From an uncultured Bacteroidales bacterium (GTDB taxonomy: Bacteria; Bacteroidota; Bacteroidia; Bacteroidales; UBA932), in the NCBI GenBank assembly GCA_944326385.1, contig CALVDT010000039.1, positions 17,144 to 81,143 of the forward strand: a stretch of DNA of 64,000 nt. Direction: 5' to 3'. Of the stretch, positions 40,352-50,546 are shown piece by piece (the first letter of the stretch is position 1; every line of letters begins with the position of its first letter). The position numbers were made by a program, and so were the translations under genes. The notes beneath the pieces are model-generated. The model saw only the letters and a list, made by a program, of their open reading frames with translations. It was not told where the DNA came from and did no database searches.

Positions 40352-43300
40352 ATGAAGATTTTCTGTAAAATGATGTTCCCGGCAGCCGTCCTGCTGTTCG
40401 CTCTGCCTGCATTTGCGCAGGATGTCGTGACAGGGACGGTTACGGACGATAGCGGTGAACCGCTGATCGGCGCCGGGGTGACATATGTCGGCACCACTGT
40501 CGGAGTCGTGACAGACCTCGACGGGAACTATAGTATCTCGAGGATGCCGGGGAAGACTCTCCAGTTCTCATCCATCGGAATGATCAGTGAGGAAGTGGAA
40601 GTCTCCGATCAGAAAGTGATAAACGTCAGGCTGCATACTGACAATCTCGTCCTTGAAGATGCCGTGGTTATCGGCTACGGAACACTGTCGAGGGCGGATC
40701 TCACCGGTTCGGTCAGCTCCTTCAAATCCGAAGAACTTGCCAAGACGGGAAGCAGCAACGTCGTGGGCGCTCTGCAGGGGCATGTGGCCGGTCTGAATAT
40801 TACCTCCCAGTCGGGTGAACCAGGTTCCGGATTCAATATAAAGATCCGCGGAAACAACTCCATAAATGCAGGAACCACGCCATTGTTCGTCATCGACGGT
40901 ATGCAGATGGATATCTCGTCGGGAGAAATCGCCACGACTTCATCCACGGGTACAGGTACATTCGACCCGATGTCCTTCCTGAACCCTAATGACATAGAGT
41001 CCATCGAAGTCCTCAAGGATGCTACGGCGACAGCCATCTACGGAGCCAGAGGTGCAAACGGAGTCATAATCATCACTACGAAGAGCGGAGTCTCCGGTCC
41101 GGACAGGACTATCGTGAACTTCAACGCCTCTGTCGGCATTTCCAATGTTCCGAAATATATCGAGATGCTTGACGCACAGGAATATGTGGACTATCGTTTC
41201 AGCAGAAGAGACTTCGGATGGTCCGGCTATGGAGTGGACACGAACGGTGACGGGGAAGCCGACACTCCTATGGACGCCGGCGGCATGCAGTTCTTCGACT
41301 GGCAGAAGCTTCTCTACAGGACCGCAGTGACCCAGGACTACAATATTTCCGTCAATGCAGTCTCGAACAAGAAGACCCAGATGCTTGTCAGCCTCGGCTA
41401 CCTGAATCAGGACGGTCTGGTGGTGAACAATGACTACCAGCGCTACACCGGCCGTATCAAGCTCGACCACAGCATCAGCGACAATGTGAAAATCGGAGCT
41501 TCCGTGAACTACGGACGTACCATCTCCAACGGTGCAGTGTCATCCGGAGGTGGAGAACTCGGCTATAGCGGACTTATCCAGCTGATATATCTTAGAAGAC
41601 CTATCGATTTCTATACGGAAGGGGATTCACAGGACAACATGGGATCGTACTCCCTTCTGGACTGCGTCACCGAAGAAACCTACAAGAAGACAGTCTATTC
41701 GCGAATTGCAGGAAATGCATACGTAGACTGGAAAATCATCGACGGCCTCACATTCAGGGCGCAGATCTCAGGGAACACATCCAATTCAAAAGGGATGGAA
41801 TTCTACAGCCGCGAAAGCATGTGGGGATATTCGAAGAACGGTTACGGCCGTATCAAGACAGTGGATACGTATGGCTGGAACGCTTCGGCGACCCTCACTT
41901 ATAACAGAACATTCAACGAAAAGCATAATTTCAACGCCATGCTCGGTGTCGAGATGAATGCCTATTCGAACGAGAACCTCACCCTCGGGGCATACGATTT
42001 CGATGACCCGTCCACAGGGGTGTTCGACATAAGCAAGGGCGGCATCCAGGAAGCTCCGACAGAGAGTGTCAGCATGAGTACAATGATGTCCATGTTCGGC
42101 CGTGCCGAGTACAACTATGACCAGAGGTATTACATCTCCTTCAATATGCGTGCTGACGGTTCCTCCAAGTTCATGCCTGGCAGCAGGGTAGGTTATTTCC
42201 CGTCCCTCGCTCTCGCATGGAGGCTTTCCGAAGAGCCGTTCATGGAGAATGCTCACTGGCTCGACCAGTTCAAGCTCAGGTTCAGTGCGGGAGCATCCGG
42301 AAACGACCGTATCTCGAACTACGCCACCATGGCTCTCATGACCACGAACTATTATGCAGTGAACGGCACGGAAATCATGGGTATGGCCCCGTCAAGCTCA
42401 GCGAATTCCAAGCTGAAATGGGAGACTACGTACCAGTATGACCTCGGTTTCGATTTCAGCGTTCTGGACAACAGGATAAACCTCATGGCCGATGTCTACT
42501 ACAAGGACACCAGAGACATGCTCTACCGCGCCACCCTTCCAGCCCAGACAGGGTATGTCGAGCAATGGCAGAACCTCGGACGCGTCGAGAACAAAGGTAT
42601 CGAGATAAGCCTGAACACGTACAACATCCAGACCCGGAACTTCTCCTGGGCCACTAATGTCACCTTCGACCTTTCCCGGAACAAGGTTCTCGATATCGGA
42701 GGTATTGAATACACCAGTGTGAACATTTCCCATGGGCAGCTTTCCAATGACATATCACGTATCATGGTAGGTTATCCTATAGGTATCGGCTACGGCTATG
42801 TCGCCGACGGCAATTACCAGTTGTCGGATTTCATCGCCATAGACGATTTCGGGAACAGGTTCGAACACCCCGAGGAGATTGTGACTTCCGACAATATTGA
42901 CAACTACGATTTCGAGCTCAAGCCGGGAGTCGTGAAGATCAATTCCGTCACCCCTCAGCCCGGAGACCGCAAATACAAGGACTTCGACGGAGACAACGAA
43001 GTCACCACAGCTGACCGGCAGGTGATAAGCGACTCGAATCCTGATTTCACCATGGGCTTCGGGAATACCTTCACCTACAAGAATTTCGAACTGAATATCT
43101 TCTTCGAAGGCGTCTATGGCAGGGATATCATGAACGAGTTCAAGCTCCGTTCCGAATCAGGACAGTCAGGCGGGACACAGTACAACAACCTCCGCTCGGC
43201 AGCATGGCATGGCCGCTGGACTCCGGAGAATCCGTCGAACACATATTCCCGTCTTCTGAACCAGACCAACTCGTGGACCTCTTCCTATTATGTGGAGGAC

Positions 43301-43540
43301 GGCAGCTACATCAGGTTCAAGACACTTTCTCTGGCCTACACGTTCTCCGGGGAGAAACTGAAGAAAGCCGGATTCTCGTCCATCAAGCTCAGCGTCAATG
43401 CCGACAACCTCTTCGTTTTCACGAAGTACAGCGGAATGGACCCGGACGTCAGTTCCTCGAACGCACTCTTCACCGGATTCGACAGACTGTCCTATCCTAA
43501 GGCAAGATCCTTCACCTTCGGCGTGAACCTGTCATTCTAA
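40352..43540 (+). CDS. susC: SusC/RagA-family TonB-dependent receptor
   Basis: N-terminal GTVTDDSGEPLIGA, VVIGYG, DIESIEVLKDATATAIYGARGANGVIIITTK, LKWETT and terminal GVNLSF. Confidence 0.96.
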   Translation: MKIFCKMMFPAAVLLFALPAFAQDVVTGTVTDDSGEPLIGAGVTYVGTTVGVVTDLDGNYSISRMPGKTLQFSSIGMISEEVEVSDQKVINVRLHTDNLVLEDAVVIGYGTLSRADLTGSVSSFKSEELAKTGSSNVVGALQGHVAGLNITSQSGEPGSGFNIKIRGNNSINAGTTPLFVIDGMQMDISSGEIATTSSTGTGTFDPMSFLNPNDIESIEVLKDATATAIYGARGANGVIIITTKSGVSGPDRTIVNFNASVGISNVPKYIEMLDAQEYVDYRFSRRDFGWSGYGVDTNGDGEADTPMDAGGMQFFDWQKLLYRTAVTQDYNISVNAVSNKKTQMLVSLGYLNQDGLVVNNDYQRYTGRIKLDHSISDNVKIGASVNYGRTISNGAVSSGGGELGYSGLIQLIYLRRPIDFYTEGDSQDNMGSYSLLDCVTEETYKKTVYSRIAGNAYVDWKIIDGLTFRAQISGNTSNSKGMEFYSRESMWGYSKNGYGRIKTVDTYGWNASATLTYNRTFNEKHNFNAMLGVEMNAYSNENLTLGAYDFDDPSTGVFDISKGGIQEAPTESVSMSTMMSMFGRAEYNYDQRYYISFNMRADGSSKFMPGSRVGYFPSLALAWRLSEEPFMENAHWLDQFKLRFSAGASGNDRISNYATMALMTTNYYAVNGTEIMGMAPSSSANSKLKWETTYQYDLGFDFSVLDNRINLMADVYYKDTRDMLYRATLPAQTGYVEQWQNLGRVENKGIEISLNTYNIQTRNFSWATNVTFDLSRNKVLDIGGIEYTSVNISHGQLSNDISRIMVGYPIGIGYGYVADGNYQLSDFIAIDDFGNRFEHPEEIVTSDNIDNYDFELKPGVVKINSVTPQPGDRKYKDFDGDNEVTTADRQVISDSNPDFTMGFGNTFTYKNFELNIFFEGVYGRDIMNEFKLRSESGQSGGTQYNNLRSAAWHGRWTPENPSNTYSRLLNQTNSWTSSYYVEDGSYIRFKTLSLAYTFSGEKLKKAGFSSIKLSVNADNLFVFTKYSGMDPDVSSSNALFTGFDRLSYPKARSFTFGVNLSF

Positions 43541-43567
43541 TTTCAGATGGAATCTAAATTCAGTACA

Positions 43568-45430
43568 ATGAGAAAGACAATAACATATATCCTTGCAATC
43601 ACGGCCGCGGCAGCATTCGCCTCTTCCTGCGAAAACGCCAAGTTTCTCGACCAGTACCCGTATTCGCAGACGTCTCCGGAGAATTTCTTCACCTCCGAGA
43701 CATCCATAAATATGGGACTGATATCCTGCTACGAGATTATAAACGGCCATAAGATCCCAGGGGCCAGCTATGTCCAGAGAGGAAGCTACGGGCAGGGTCT
43801 CATCTATGTGATGAACTCGCCTTCCGATGATATGGTGGCTGCTACCTCTTCATCCGATGAAGGTCTTGAGATGACCTGGGGAAACTACACTGAAAGCACC
43901 CGCTGTGTCCGCGACACCTGGAAGGTCATGTATACAGGCATAAACAGGTGCAACACCATTCTCCACTATGTCGACCGGGTGGATATGGATCCTGCCATGA
44001 AGACCCAGTACATTGCCGAAGCCCGTTTCCTCAGAGCATTCTTCTATTATCATCTTGCATGGAACTTCGGCGGAGTGCCTGTCGTGGAGGAATACGATTC
44101 CGGGGGACAGGAGCCGCGTTCATCCCTGAAGGATGTCTACGACTTCATCTTCGACGACCTGCATTTTGCCTATCAGAACCTGAATGCCACTGGCATCCTG
44201 CAGACCTCTTCGGCGAACAAATACACTGCCGCAGCCTATATAGCACGTATCTGCAACTACCTGGCTGCCTGCAAGAACCACAATGTCGGAGCCGACCTTG
44301 TGGCCGAGCAGCCTTTGAACGATTTCTCGTTCGTGGATGCTGATGCCATGTATCTTGAAGCAGAGAAAGCCTGCGAGGACATCCTGACGAACTCCTCATA
44401 CATCCTGATCCCGGACTATACGAACCTCTTCCGGGAGACCACCAAGACCCAGCAGTACCAGGAGTGTCTCCTGCTTGCCGAGCAGCCGCTCTCAGGGGCC
44501 GAGGGTTACTGGCCGAACAGCTTCTATCTTCCGTCACCAACGAACAATACCGACTCTCCTACAGTCTACGGCGGGCGTTTTGTCCCGACTCCGAGGGCCT
44601 TCTACATGTACAGCAACAAGGATCCGCGCCGAGACCATAATCTGACAGGCCGTCTTCAGGATATCCGCAAGGACGGTACTCCAGGAAAAATAGAAGTGGA
44701 CGTGGAGGGCTACACTTATTACAATCCGGATCCGCCTCGTGCGGAAATTACGGTGAAAGACGAGAATGATGAAGATGTCATAGGGCCGGACGGACAGCCA
44801 ATGAAGGTCGAGCACCCTCTCTACGACAGTCCTACACAGACTTATCTGCCAATCGCCGGCATACAGATGTGTCCAGGCAAGTTCCGTCTCTGCAAGGTGG
44901 ACCAGCTTCAGCGCTCCTACCAGCAGCACGCCCTTTCCTATCCCCTCATGCGTCTGGCGGATGTCTATCTCATGTATGCCGAAGCTCTTGCCTTCGGCCC
45001 TTCCAAGAACGAGTCAAAAGCCCGTGAACAGCTCAGGACAGTCCTCCTCAGAGCCTGTGGAAATGACGAGGACCTCTGTGATGAACTTACCGAATACTAT
45101 CACAAGGACGATTTTCTTGAGGAACTCCTCGAAAGCCGGGAGCGTGAACTTATCTTCGAGTTCTCCCGCAAATGGGATCTCATCAGATTCAATCTCATGG
45201 ACGAGAAGATCTCCAGCCTGAACGATGAGATGGTCATTGAAAAATACATAGAGAATCCGGAAGATCCCGCTTACATAGATCCAGACTATCTCAAATTCCA
45301 GAGCGACGGTTACCTCAAGCTCGGAATACCTACCATCAAGCAGAATTGGCAGCCTCACAAGATCTGGCTTCCGATTTCGGAGGAGCAGAGGGGGGTTAAT
45401 AAGTCTCTTTCTCAAAATGCCGGCTGGTAG
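43568..45430 (+). CDS. susD: SusD/RagB-family lipoprotein
   Basis: Lipobox ASS-C; EARFLRAFFY, RLADVYLMYAEA, RERELIFE..RKWDLIR and QNAGW. Confidence 0.94.
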   Translation: MRKTITYILAITAAAAFASSCENAKFLDQYPYSQTSPENFFTSETSINMGLISCYEIINGHKIPGASYVQRGSYGQGLIYVMNSPSDDMVAATSSSDEGLEMTWGNYTESTRCVRDTWKVMYTGINRCNTILHYVDRVDMDPAMKTQYIAEARFLRAFFYYHLAWNFGGVPVVEEYDSGGQEPRSSLKDVYDFIFDDLHFAYQNLNATGILQTSSANKYTAAAYIARICNYLAACKNHNVGADLVAEQPLNDFSFVDADAMYLEAEKACEDILTNSSYILIPDYTNLFRETTKTQQYQECLLLAEQPLSGAEGYWPNSFYLPSPTNNTDSPTVYGGRFVPTPRAFYMYSNKDPRRDHNLTGRLQDIRKDGTPGKIEVDVEGYTYYNPDPPRAEITVKDENDEDVIGPDGQPMKVEHPLYDSPTQTYLPIAGIQMCPGKFRLCKVDQLQRSYQQHALSYPLMRLADVYLMYAEALAFGPSKNESKAREQLRTVLLRACGNDEDLCDELTEYYHKDDFLEELLESRERELIFEFSRKWDLIRFNLMDEKISSLNDEMVIEKYIENPEDPAYIDPDYLKFQSDGYLKLGIPTIKQNWQPHKIWLPISEEQRGVNKSLSQNAGW

Positions 45431-45554
45431 GAGATGTGTCTTGAGGGGCAATCTGCTTCGTTGCCTTCGGGATTCAGCCTCAGTCATTTACCGAAGTAAA
45501 CTCCTGTCGGCTTCACCCTCGGTGCCTTGCATCTTACCCCTCAAGACACATCTC
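45431..45554. repeat. 124-bp ERIC-like palindromic element
   Basis: 18-bp perfect terminal inverted repeat GAGATGTGTCTTGAGGGG (45431-45448) pairing with 45537-45554. Central core CAGTCATTTAC-CGAA-GTAAACTCCTG. Confidence 0.75.
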
Positions 45555-45610
45555 TCCGGAGAATTGAAGAAGGATGCCATAAGAAAACCAACTTTTAACC
45601 AATAAAAACA

Positions 45611-47791
45611 ATGAAACGTTACTTTTTATTTTCAGCAATGATTCTTCTTGCAGTCACCGCCTGCAAGAAAGATGAAATCAATGAAGGAGAAGCACCGGTA
45701 CCTGAACCTGGTACGGCGTATCTTCTCGAGGGGACAGTGAATACCGAAGGCTTCACATGGAAGACGAACTCTATAGTAGGCCTTTATTCAGCCATGGATG
45801 ATGTCCGTATCATCAATAAGGAATGCAAGATAGTCGGCTGGGCCGATACGACTCCTGTCTATGACGACGAAGGAAACAACACCAACCAGTACACTCCGTC
45901 GGAATATGAAGGGAAGGCTGTGGCAAGGTTCAACACGCCTGGTCTTGACCTCAAGCAGGGCGAGAACAAATTCATGATTTATTCTCCGTATAACAATGCG
46001 CTCACCTACACCGGCGGCATCATTTACGGACTGAGCATCGGTGACAACCAGCGGCAGACCGCGCCTAACGTGGCTGCAGACTGCTTCGCCATCGGTTATG
46101 CCACAGGTACTCCGGGTGTGGACGAGACCTTCAAATTCGAACTGACTCCTGTGACTGCCCTTGCCCAGGTCACTGTAGGTTCTTCCGAATTTGTCGGCTA
46201 CCGCCCTCAGAAGGTCTCCATCTACGATGATTCAGGCACCACCATCGCCGGAGGTTTCAACATCAATGTCGAGACCAACGAAATCCAGCAGGCTGGTGAA
46301 GGCCTGAAGTCCGTGGCGGTCGAAGTGCAGAATCCTGTGGCCCTCAAGTCAGGCGAAACACAGAACATCTATCTGAACATTCTTCCGGTGGATTTCTCGA
46401 ACAAGGAAGTCTGGGTGATCGTGGAGCTTGTGGATGACGCAGGCGGCAAGATAACTATCCCTACCAAACAGAGCGGACTGAAATTCACGGCCGGCCAGAC
46501 TACGAAGATCGACCTTTCAGACCTCGGCACTGAGGACAATGATGCCGGTGCATGGTACTGCCCGAACGACAGCCGTCTTCTTCCGGGACTCGGATATGCA
46601 TACGGCCAGGCCAACACATTCTTCATTCAGTGCAAGAACGGAAGCACATACAACGGAGCTACGTACACTCCTGATGCCGACATTCCTGACGAGGTGGTCA
46701 TCGACTACCGTATCCGCGGCAATTTCGCCGGCATCACCGACGAGATGAAACCTGAGGGCGTCACTTTCGAGTGGTTCAAGACATCTACCGGAACCCTTTA
46801 CACCCCAAGGACAAACGGATATGCTGCATCCAATGTCGTGATAAGCGAATCCACATTCACAGTTACTCCGAATGAAGCAGAGCATACGGTTACCGTAAAG
46901 AACAACGGCTCATTTGCCGGTGCCCCGATCCTTCTCATGAAGAAGAACGGGAAAGTCCTCTGGGCCTGGTCATTCTGGAATATCGCAGCCGACGGTACAT
47001 CCATGGAGCCGATACAGGTCGGCAACTACAAATTCGCACCGATGGATATCGGACAGGCTACGACCAATGCAGATGCCTGGATTGCGAACAAGAACGGTAC
47101 AAAACCGGATCCTATGTTCCGCATGAACCATCTGTACCAGTGGGGTCGCCCATATCCTGTTTTCTGGACGACATTCTGGAGCCTTGACGGTCTCGGAAAT
47201 ACCGGTGGCGCCAATGTGCCGGCTGTCCTTGGCCCTCTGTCCCTTGAGGAGTCACTGTCTAAGGTCGGTGTCATTGTCAATGAGCCGGCAAATCAGAACA
47301 TGAAGGACTGGTGCTCTACTACATACGCGGATCTCTGGGGAGCTGAAAGCAGCAAGGAAGAAGGCGCAAAGACCATATATGATCCTTGTCCAAAAGGTTG
47401 GAGAGTGGCTTCAGTGCCTGCTTTGGAAGCATTGGTCGCAAGCGGTATGCCTGTATTCAGTGATGAAGCAGGCAAGGTGTATGCCCAGCTTTCCGGTCTT
47501 ACATTCTATACTCAGGGATATTTCTCGGCTAAAGTAACTTCAAGCATGGAGCTTCCGACAGCACGCCCTGGTAACTATGGGCTTGGCGAAGCAGCAGATG
47601 CAGGTGCTTGCAAGCAGGGTGAAGTATGGTCAAATGTGGCAGGAGAGAATCAGGGACAGGATCTGTTCTGGACTTCTTCAAAGTTTGTGGCTGATACGGA
47701 ATCCAAGGATAACCATCAGTTCAGACTGGCTTCTCATGACCGTTCGTACGCTATATCGGTAAGATGTATCGTCGACGAAGACAACAGGTAG
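45611..47791 (+). CDS. Fimbrillin-like lipoprotein with a C-terminal FISUMP/lectin-like domain
   Basis: Lipobox VTA-C; VLWAWSFW, YQWGRP, KTIYDPCPKGWRV and terminal SVRCI motifs. Confidence 0.7.
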   Translation: MKRYFLFSAMILLAVTACKKDEINEGEAPVPEPGTAYLLEGTVNTEGFTWKTNSIVGLYSAMDDVRIINKECKIVGWADTTPVYDDEGNNTNQYTPSEYEGKAVARFNTPGLDLKQGENKFMIYSPYNNALTYTGGIIYGLSIGDNQRQTAPNVAADCFAIGYATGTPGVDETFKFELTPVTALAQVTVGSSEFVGYRPQKVSIYDDSGTTIAGGFNINVETNEIQQAGEGLKSVAVEVQNPVALKSGETQNIYLNILPVDFSNKEVWVIVELVDDAGGKITIPTKQSGLKFTAGQTTKIDLSDLGTEDNDAGAWYCPNDSRLLPGLGYAYGQANTFFIQCKNGSTYNGATYTPDADIPDEVVIDYRIRGNFAGITDEMKPEGVTFEWFKTSTGTLYTPRTNGYAASNVVISESTFTVTPNEAEHTVTVKNNGSFAGAPILLMKKNGKVLWAWSFWNIAADGTSMEPIQVGNYKFAPMDIGQATTNADAWIANKNGTKPDPMFRMNHLYQWGRPYPVFWTTFWSLDGLGNTGGANVPAVLGPLSLEESLSKVGVIVNEPANQNMKDWCSTTYADLWGAESSKEEGAKTIYDPCPKGWRVASVPALEALVASGMPVFSDEAGKVYAQLSGLTFYTQGYFSAKVTSSMELPTARPGNYGLGEAADAGACKQGEVWSNVAGENQGQDLFWTSSKFVADTESKDNHQFRLASHDRSYAISVRCIVDEDNR

Positions 47792-47837
47792 TATCGTAAG
47801 ACGGTTCAAGACGCCTTTCCGTCATCATAACAGTTCA

Positions 47838-47873
47838 CTCGACTTCGCTCGGGATGACGTTGCTCGGGATGAT
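47838..47873. repeat. Partial REP-like copies (same family as 10135-10312)
   Basis: CTCGACTTCGCTCGGGATGAC at 47838-47858 and GCTCGGGATGAT at 47862-47873. Confidence 0.6.
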
Positions 47874-47890
47874 GGTGTAATGTATTTTAC

Positions 47891-47968
47891 TGTCGGAAGT
47901 ATGCGATGTGAGCACTGTTGACCCCGTAAGGGGTTGTGTTTCAGTGCGAACGCCGCATACTCCCGACA
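47891..47968 (+). other. Structured hairpin element, copy 2
   Basis: Outer arms TGTCGGAAGTATGCGAT and GCCGCATACTCCCGACA. Core: GTGAGCACTGTTG-ACCCC-GTAA-GGGGT-TGTGTTT-CAGTGCGAAC. Confidence 0.85.
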
Positions 47969-47983
47969 ATTGGAAAACCAACC

Positions 47984-50533
47984 ATGCGTATCAGAACACT
48001 CATAATCCTTGCCATACCGTTGCTCCTTGCAAGTTGCTGCAAGGTTCCGGACACATCTACGGCTTCTGCTGCCGGTGTTATAGAACGTTTTGTCGGAGAA
48101 ATGCCGGAAAACCTGCATTTGAAGCTGAGCCCTGCAATGGCCGAAGACGGACGGGACGCCTATCGCTACCATGTCCGCAGAGGCTGTCTTACAGTGGAAG
48201 GCAGTTCCCAGGTGGCACTTTGCCGAGGGTTCTACGACTTTGTCACCTCTCAGGGTTACGGCATGATGTCATGGAGCGGGACCAGATGTGAATGGCCGGA
48301 CAAGCTTACTCGCGTCAGAAGCGGCAAAGTCGTCTCACCCTTCCGGGACCGGCTTTTCTACAATGTATGCACGTACGGCTACAGCCTCGCCTACTGGACA
48401 TGGGACGAATGGTCCAGGGAAATAGACTGGCTTGCTCTTCACGGCTTCGACATGCCGCTGGCTCCGATAGCGGGGGAAGCCATTTTTGCCAGGGTTTGGA
48501 AGGATATGGGTCTTTCCGATGAAGAAATCAATGCCTATTTCACAGGGCCGGGACATTTCCCGTGGATGCGGATGGGTAACATGACAGGACTTGACGGTGC
48601 TCCGTCGCAACAGTGGCATCAATCCCAGATAGAACTCCAGCACAAGATTCTGGACAAGATGAGAAGTCTGGGCATGAAGCCTGTCTTCCAGGGCTTTGCC
48701 GGCTTTGTCCCCAAAGCCATGAAAGAACATTACCCTGAAATCGACCTGACGGTCACGCGGTGGAGCGGTTTTGAAAACTACATGCTCTCACCGCTCGACA
48801 GTCTTTTCTCTGAAATACAGGAACGATATGTGTGCGAATGGGAGAAGGAATTCGGGAAAGGAAAGTATTATCTTATAGACAGTTTCAATGAGCTTGACAT
48901 ACCTTTCGGTGAACAGGGGAGTCCCGAGCGGGCCGAACTGCTCGGGAAATACTCTTCTACCATATGCAGTTCCCTGACTGCTGCGAACCCGGATGCCGTA
49001 TGGGTGATGCAGGGCTGGATGTTCGGTTACCAGCGCGACATATGGGATCCGCAGAGTGTGGAAGCCCTGCTCAAGGGAGTTCCTGACGGCAGGCTGATGA
49101 TTATAGATCTTGCAGTGGACTTCAACCGGTTCATCTGGCGGAACCGCAAGAGCTGGGAGTATATACCGGGTATGTACGGCAAGGAATGGATATATTCCAC
49201 CACACCGAATTTCGGAGGCAGGACTGCCATGATCGGAAACATCGGAAGTTATCTGAACGGTCATCTCGAAGCTATTGACTGTAAGGAAAAGGGGAATCTG
49301 ACCGGTTTCGGGGCGTCTCCTGAAGGCATAGAGCAGAATGACGTGCTTTACGAAGCCTTGTCGGACGCCGGCTGGAGGGACACACCCGCCGATTTGCAGG
49401 ATTTCCTCTACAGATACTCCGTGGCAAGATACGGTTCCTGTCCTGACGGTGTGAAGACATTCTGGGAAGAAATAGTCCGGGGGCCTTACGGTGAATGCAC
49501 CAACAACGCAAGATATCTCTGGCAGCTCCGTCCGGTGGGTTCTCGTGTGCCGACCATGGGAATAGACGGGGAATATTTCCATGCCATCGAGGCATTCCTT
49601 TCCTGTGCCGGAGAACTTGGCGGCAGCAGGCTGTACTGTAATGATGCCGTGGCATTTGCGTCCATGTATCTTGCAGCCAAGGCAGATGCCGTTCTGGAGC
49701 AGATAAACTGGGGCTATGTCTATGGCCGCTGGAAAGATTACGGAGAGGAGCTGGACTGCCTGGAGACAAGATTCACGGAACTTCTTTCCGAATGCGACAG
49801 GCTTCTGGAGTCACATCCGCTGTATCGCCTGGAGAGATGGACCGGGATGGCTGACAAGGCAGCCTGCACCCAGTCCGACAGAGACGCTTTCCAGGAGGAA
49901 CTGCGCCGTCTCGTGACAGTCTGGGGCGGTCCGAATCTGAGCGACTATTCCGCCCGGCTCTGGTCAGGCCTGATCAGGGACTATTATCTGCCCCGGTGGA
50001 AGCAATATTTCGCTGAAATGGCAGAACTCGACAGAGGCGGCAGCGATTATTTTGACTACCTATCTCATGAGGAATGGTTCCACTCTTCAAGGAATCTTTC
50101 TTCTGTGACTCCGTACCGGGATCCTCTCGAAGCAGCGGTCAGGGCTGTGGAGAAGGCTTCCGGCATACCTGTGGAAAACCGCTTCAGACCGGACGGTGCG
50201 CAAGGCTATGTATGCCGTTATGATTTCAGCAAGCCGATGATCTGGAAGACTGTCTCTGTCCATGATACTGATTTCCGTCCGGCAGCAGCCGTGACTGTCT
50301 CCCATGTTTCGGGCCAAGATACCGTCTTCCTCAGACAACTCGTCTTCACCGCCCACAATGATCGGCTGGGGACAATCGATGTCGACAGGTACATAGCTCC
50401 AGGAGAGACCGTTACCATTCCGATGGATATGATAACCAGACCTACTGAACTGGCGAGGGAAGTCAATATCCAGTTCGTCGTAAAAGGGAAGAGGTCTGCC
50501 GATGCTTCTCTCGTCTTCTTTTTCCGAAGCTAA
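47984..50533 (+). CDS. GH89 alpha-N-acetylglucosaminidase (lipoprotein) with an extra C-terminal domain
   Basis: NVCTYGYS...W..EIDWLALHG, WMRMGN, DSFNE, WVMQGW, NFGG, PEGIEQN and DYSARLWSGLIRDYY. Confidence 0.92.
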   Translation: MRIRTLIILAIPLLLASCCKVPDTSTASAAGVIERFVGEMPENLHLKLSPAMAEDGRDAYRYHVRRGCLTVEGSSQVALCRGFYDFVTSQGYGMMSWSGTRCEWPDKLTRVRSGKVVSPFRDRLFYNVCTYGYSLAYWTWDEWSREIDWLALHGFDMPLAPIAGEAIFARVWKDMGLSDEEINAYFTGPGHFPWMRMGNMTGLDGAPSQQWHQSQIELQHKILDKMRSLGMKPVFQGFAGFVPKAMKEHYPEIDLTVTRWSGFENYMLSPLDSLFSEIQERYVCEWEKEFGKGKYYLIDSFNELDIPFGEQGSPERAELLGKYSSTICSSLTAANPDAVWVMQGWMFGYQRDIWDPQSVEALLKGVPDGRLMIIDLAVDFNRFIWRNRKSWEYIPGMYGKEWIYSTTPNFGGRTAMIGNIGSYLNGHLEAIDCKEKGNLTGFGASPEGIEQNDVLYEALSDAGWRDTPADLQDFLYRYSVARYGSCPDGVKTFWEEIVRGPYGECTNNARYLWQLRPVGSRVPTMGIDGEYFHAIEAFLSCAGELGGSRLYCNDAVAFASMYLAAKADAVLEQINWGYVYGRWKDYGEELDCLETRFTELLSECDRLLESHPLYRLERWTGMADKAACTQSDRDAFQEELRRLVTVWGGPNLSDYSARLWSGLIRDYYLPRWKQYFAEMAELDRGGSDYFDYLSHEEWFHSSRNLSSVTPYRDPLEAAVRAVEKASGIPVENRFRPDGAQGYVCRYDFSKPMIWKTVSVHDTDFRPAAAVTVSHVSGQDTVFLRQLVFTAHNDRLGTIDVDRYIAPGETVTIPMDMITRPTELAREVNIQFVVKGKRSADASLVFFFRS

Positions 50534-50546
50534 TTACATTTATATC

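Noticed and set aside
45611-47791. Diversity-generating retroelement targeting the fimbrillin-like gene
   Set aside because: The C-terminus resembles DGR target folds, but I found no reverse transcriptase and no template-repeat copy in the window.
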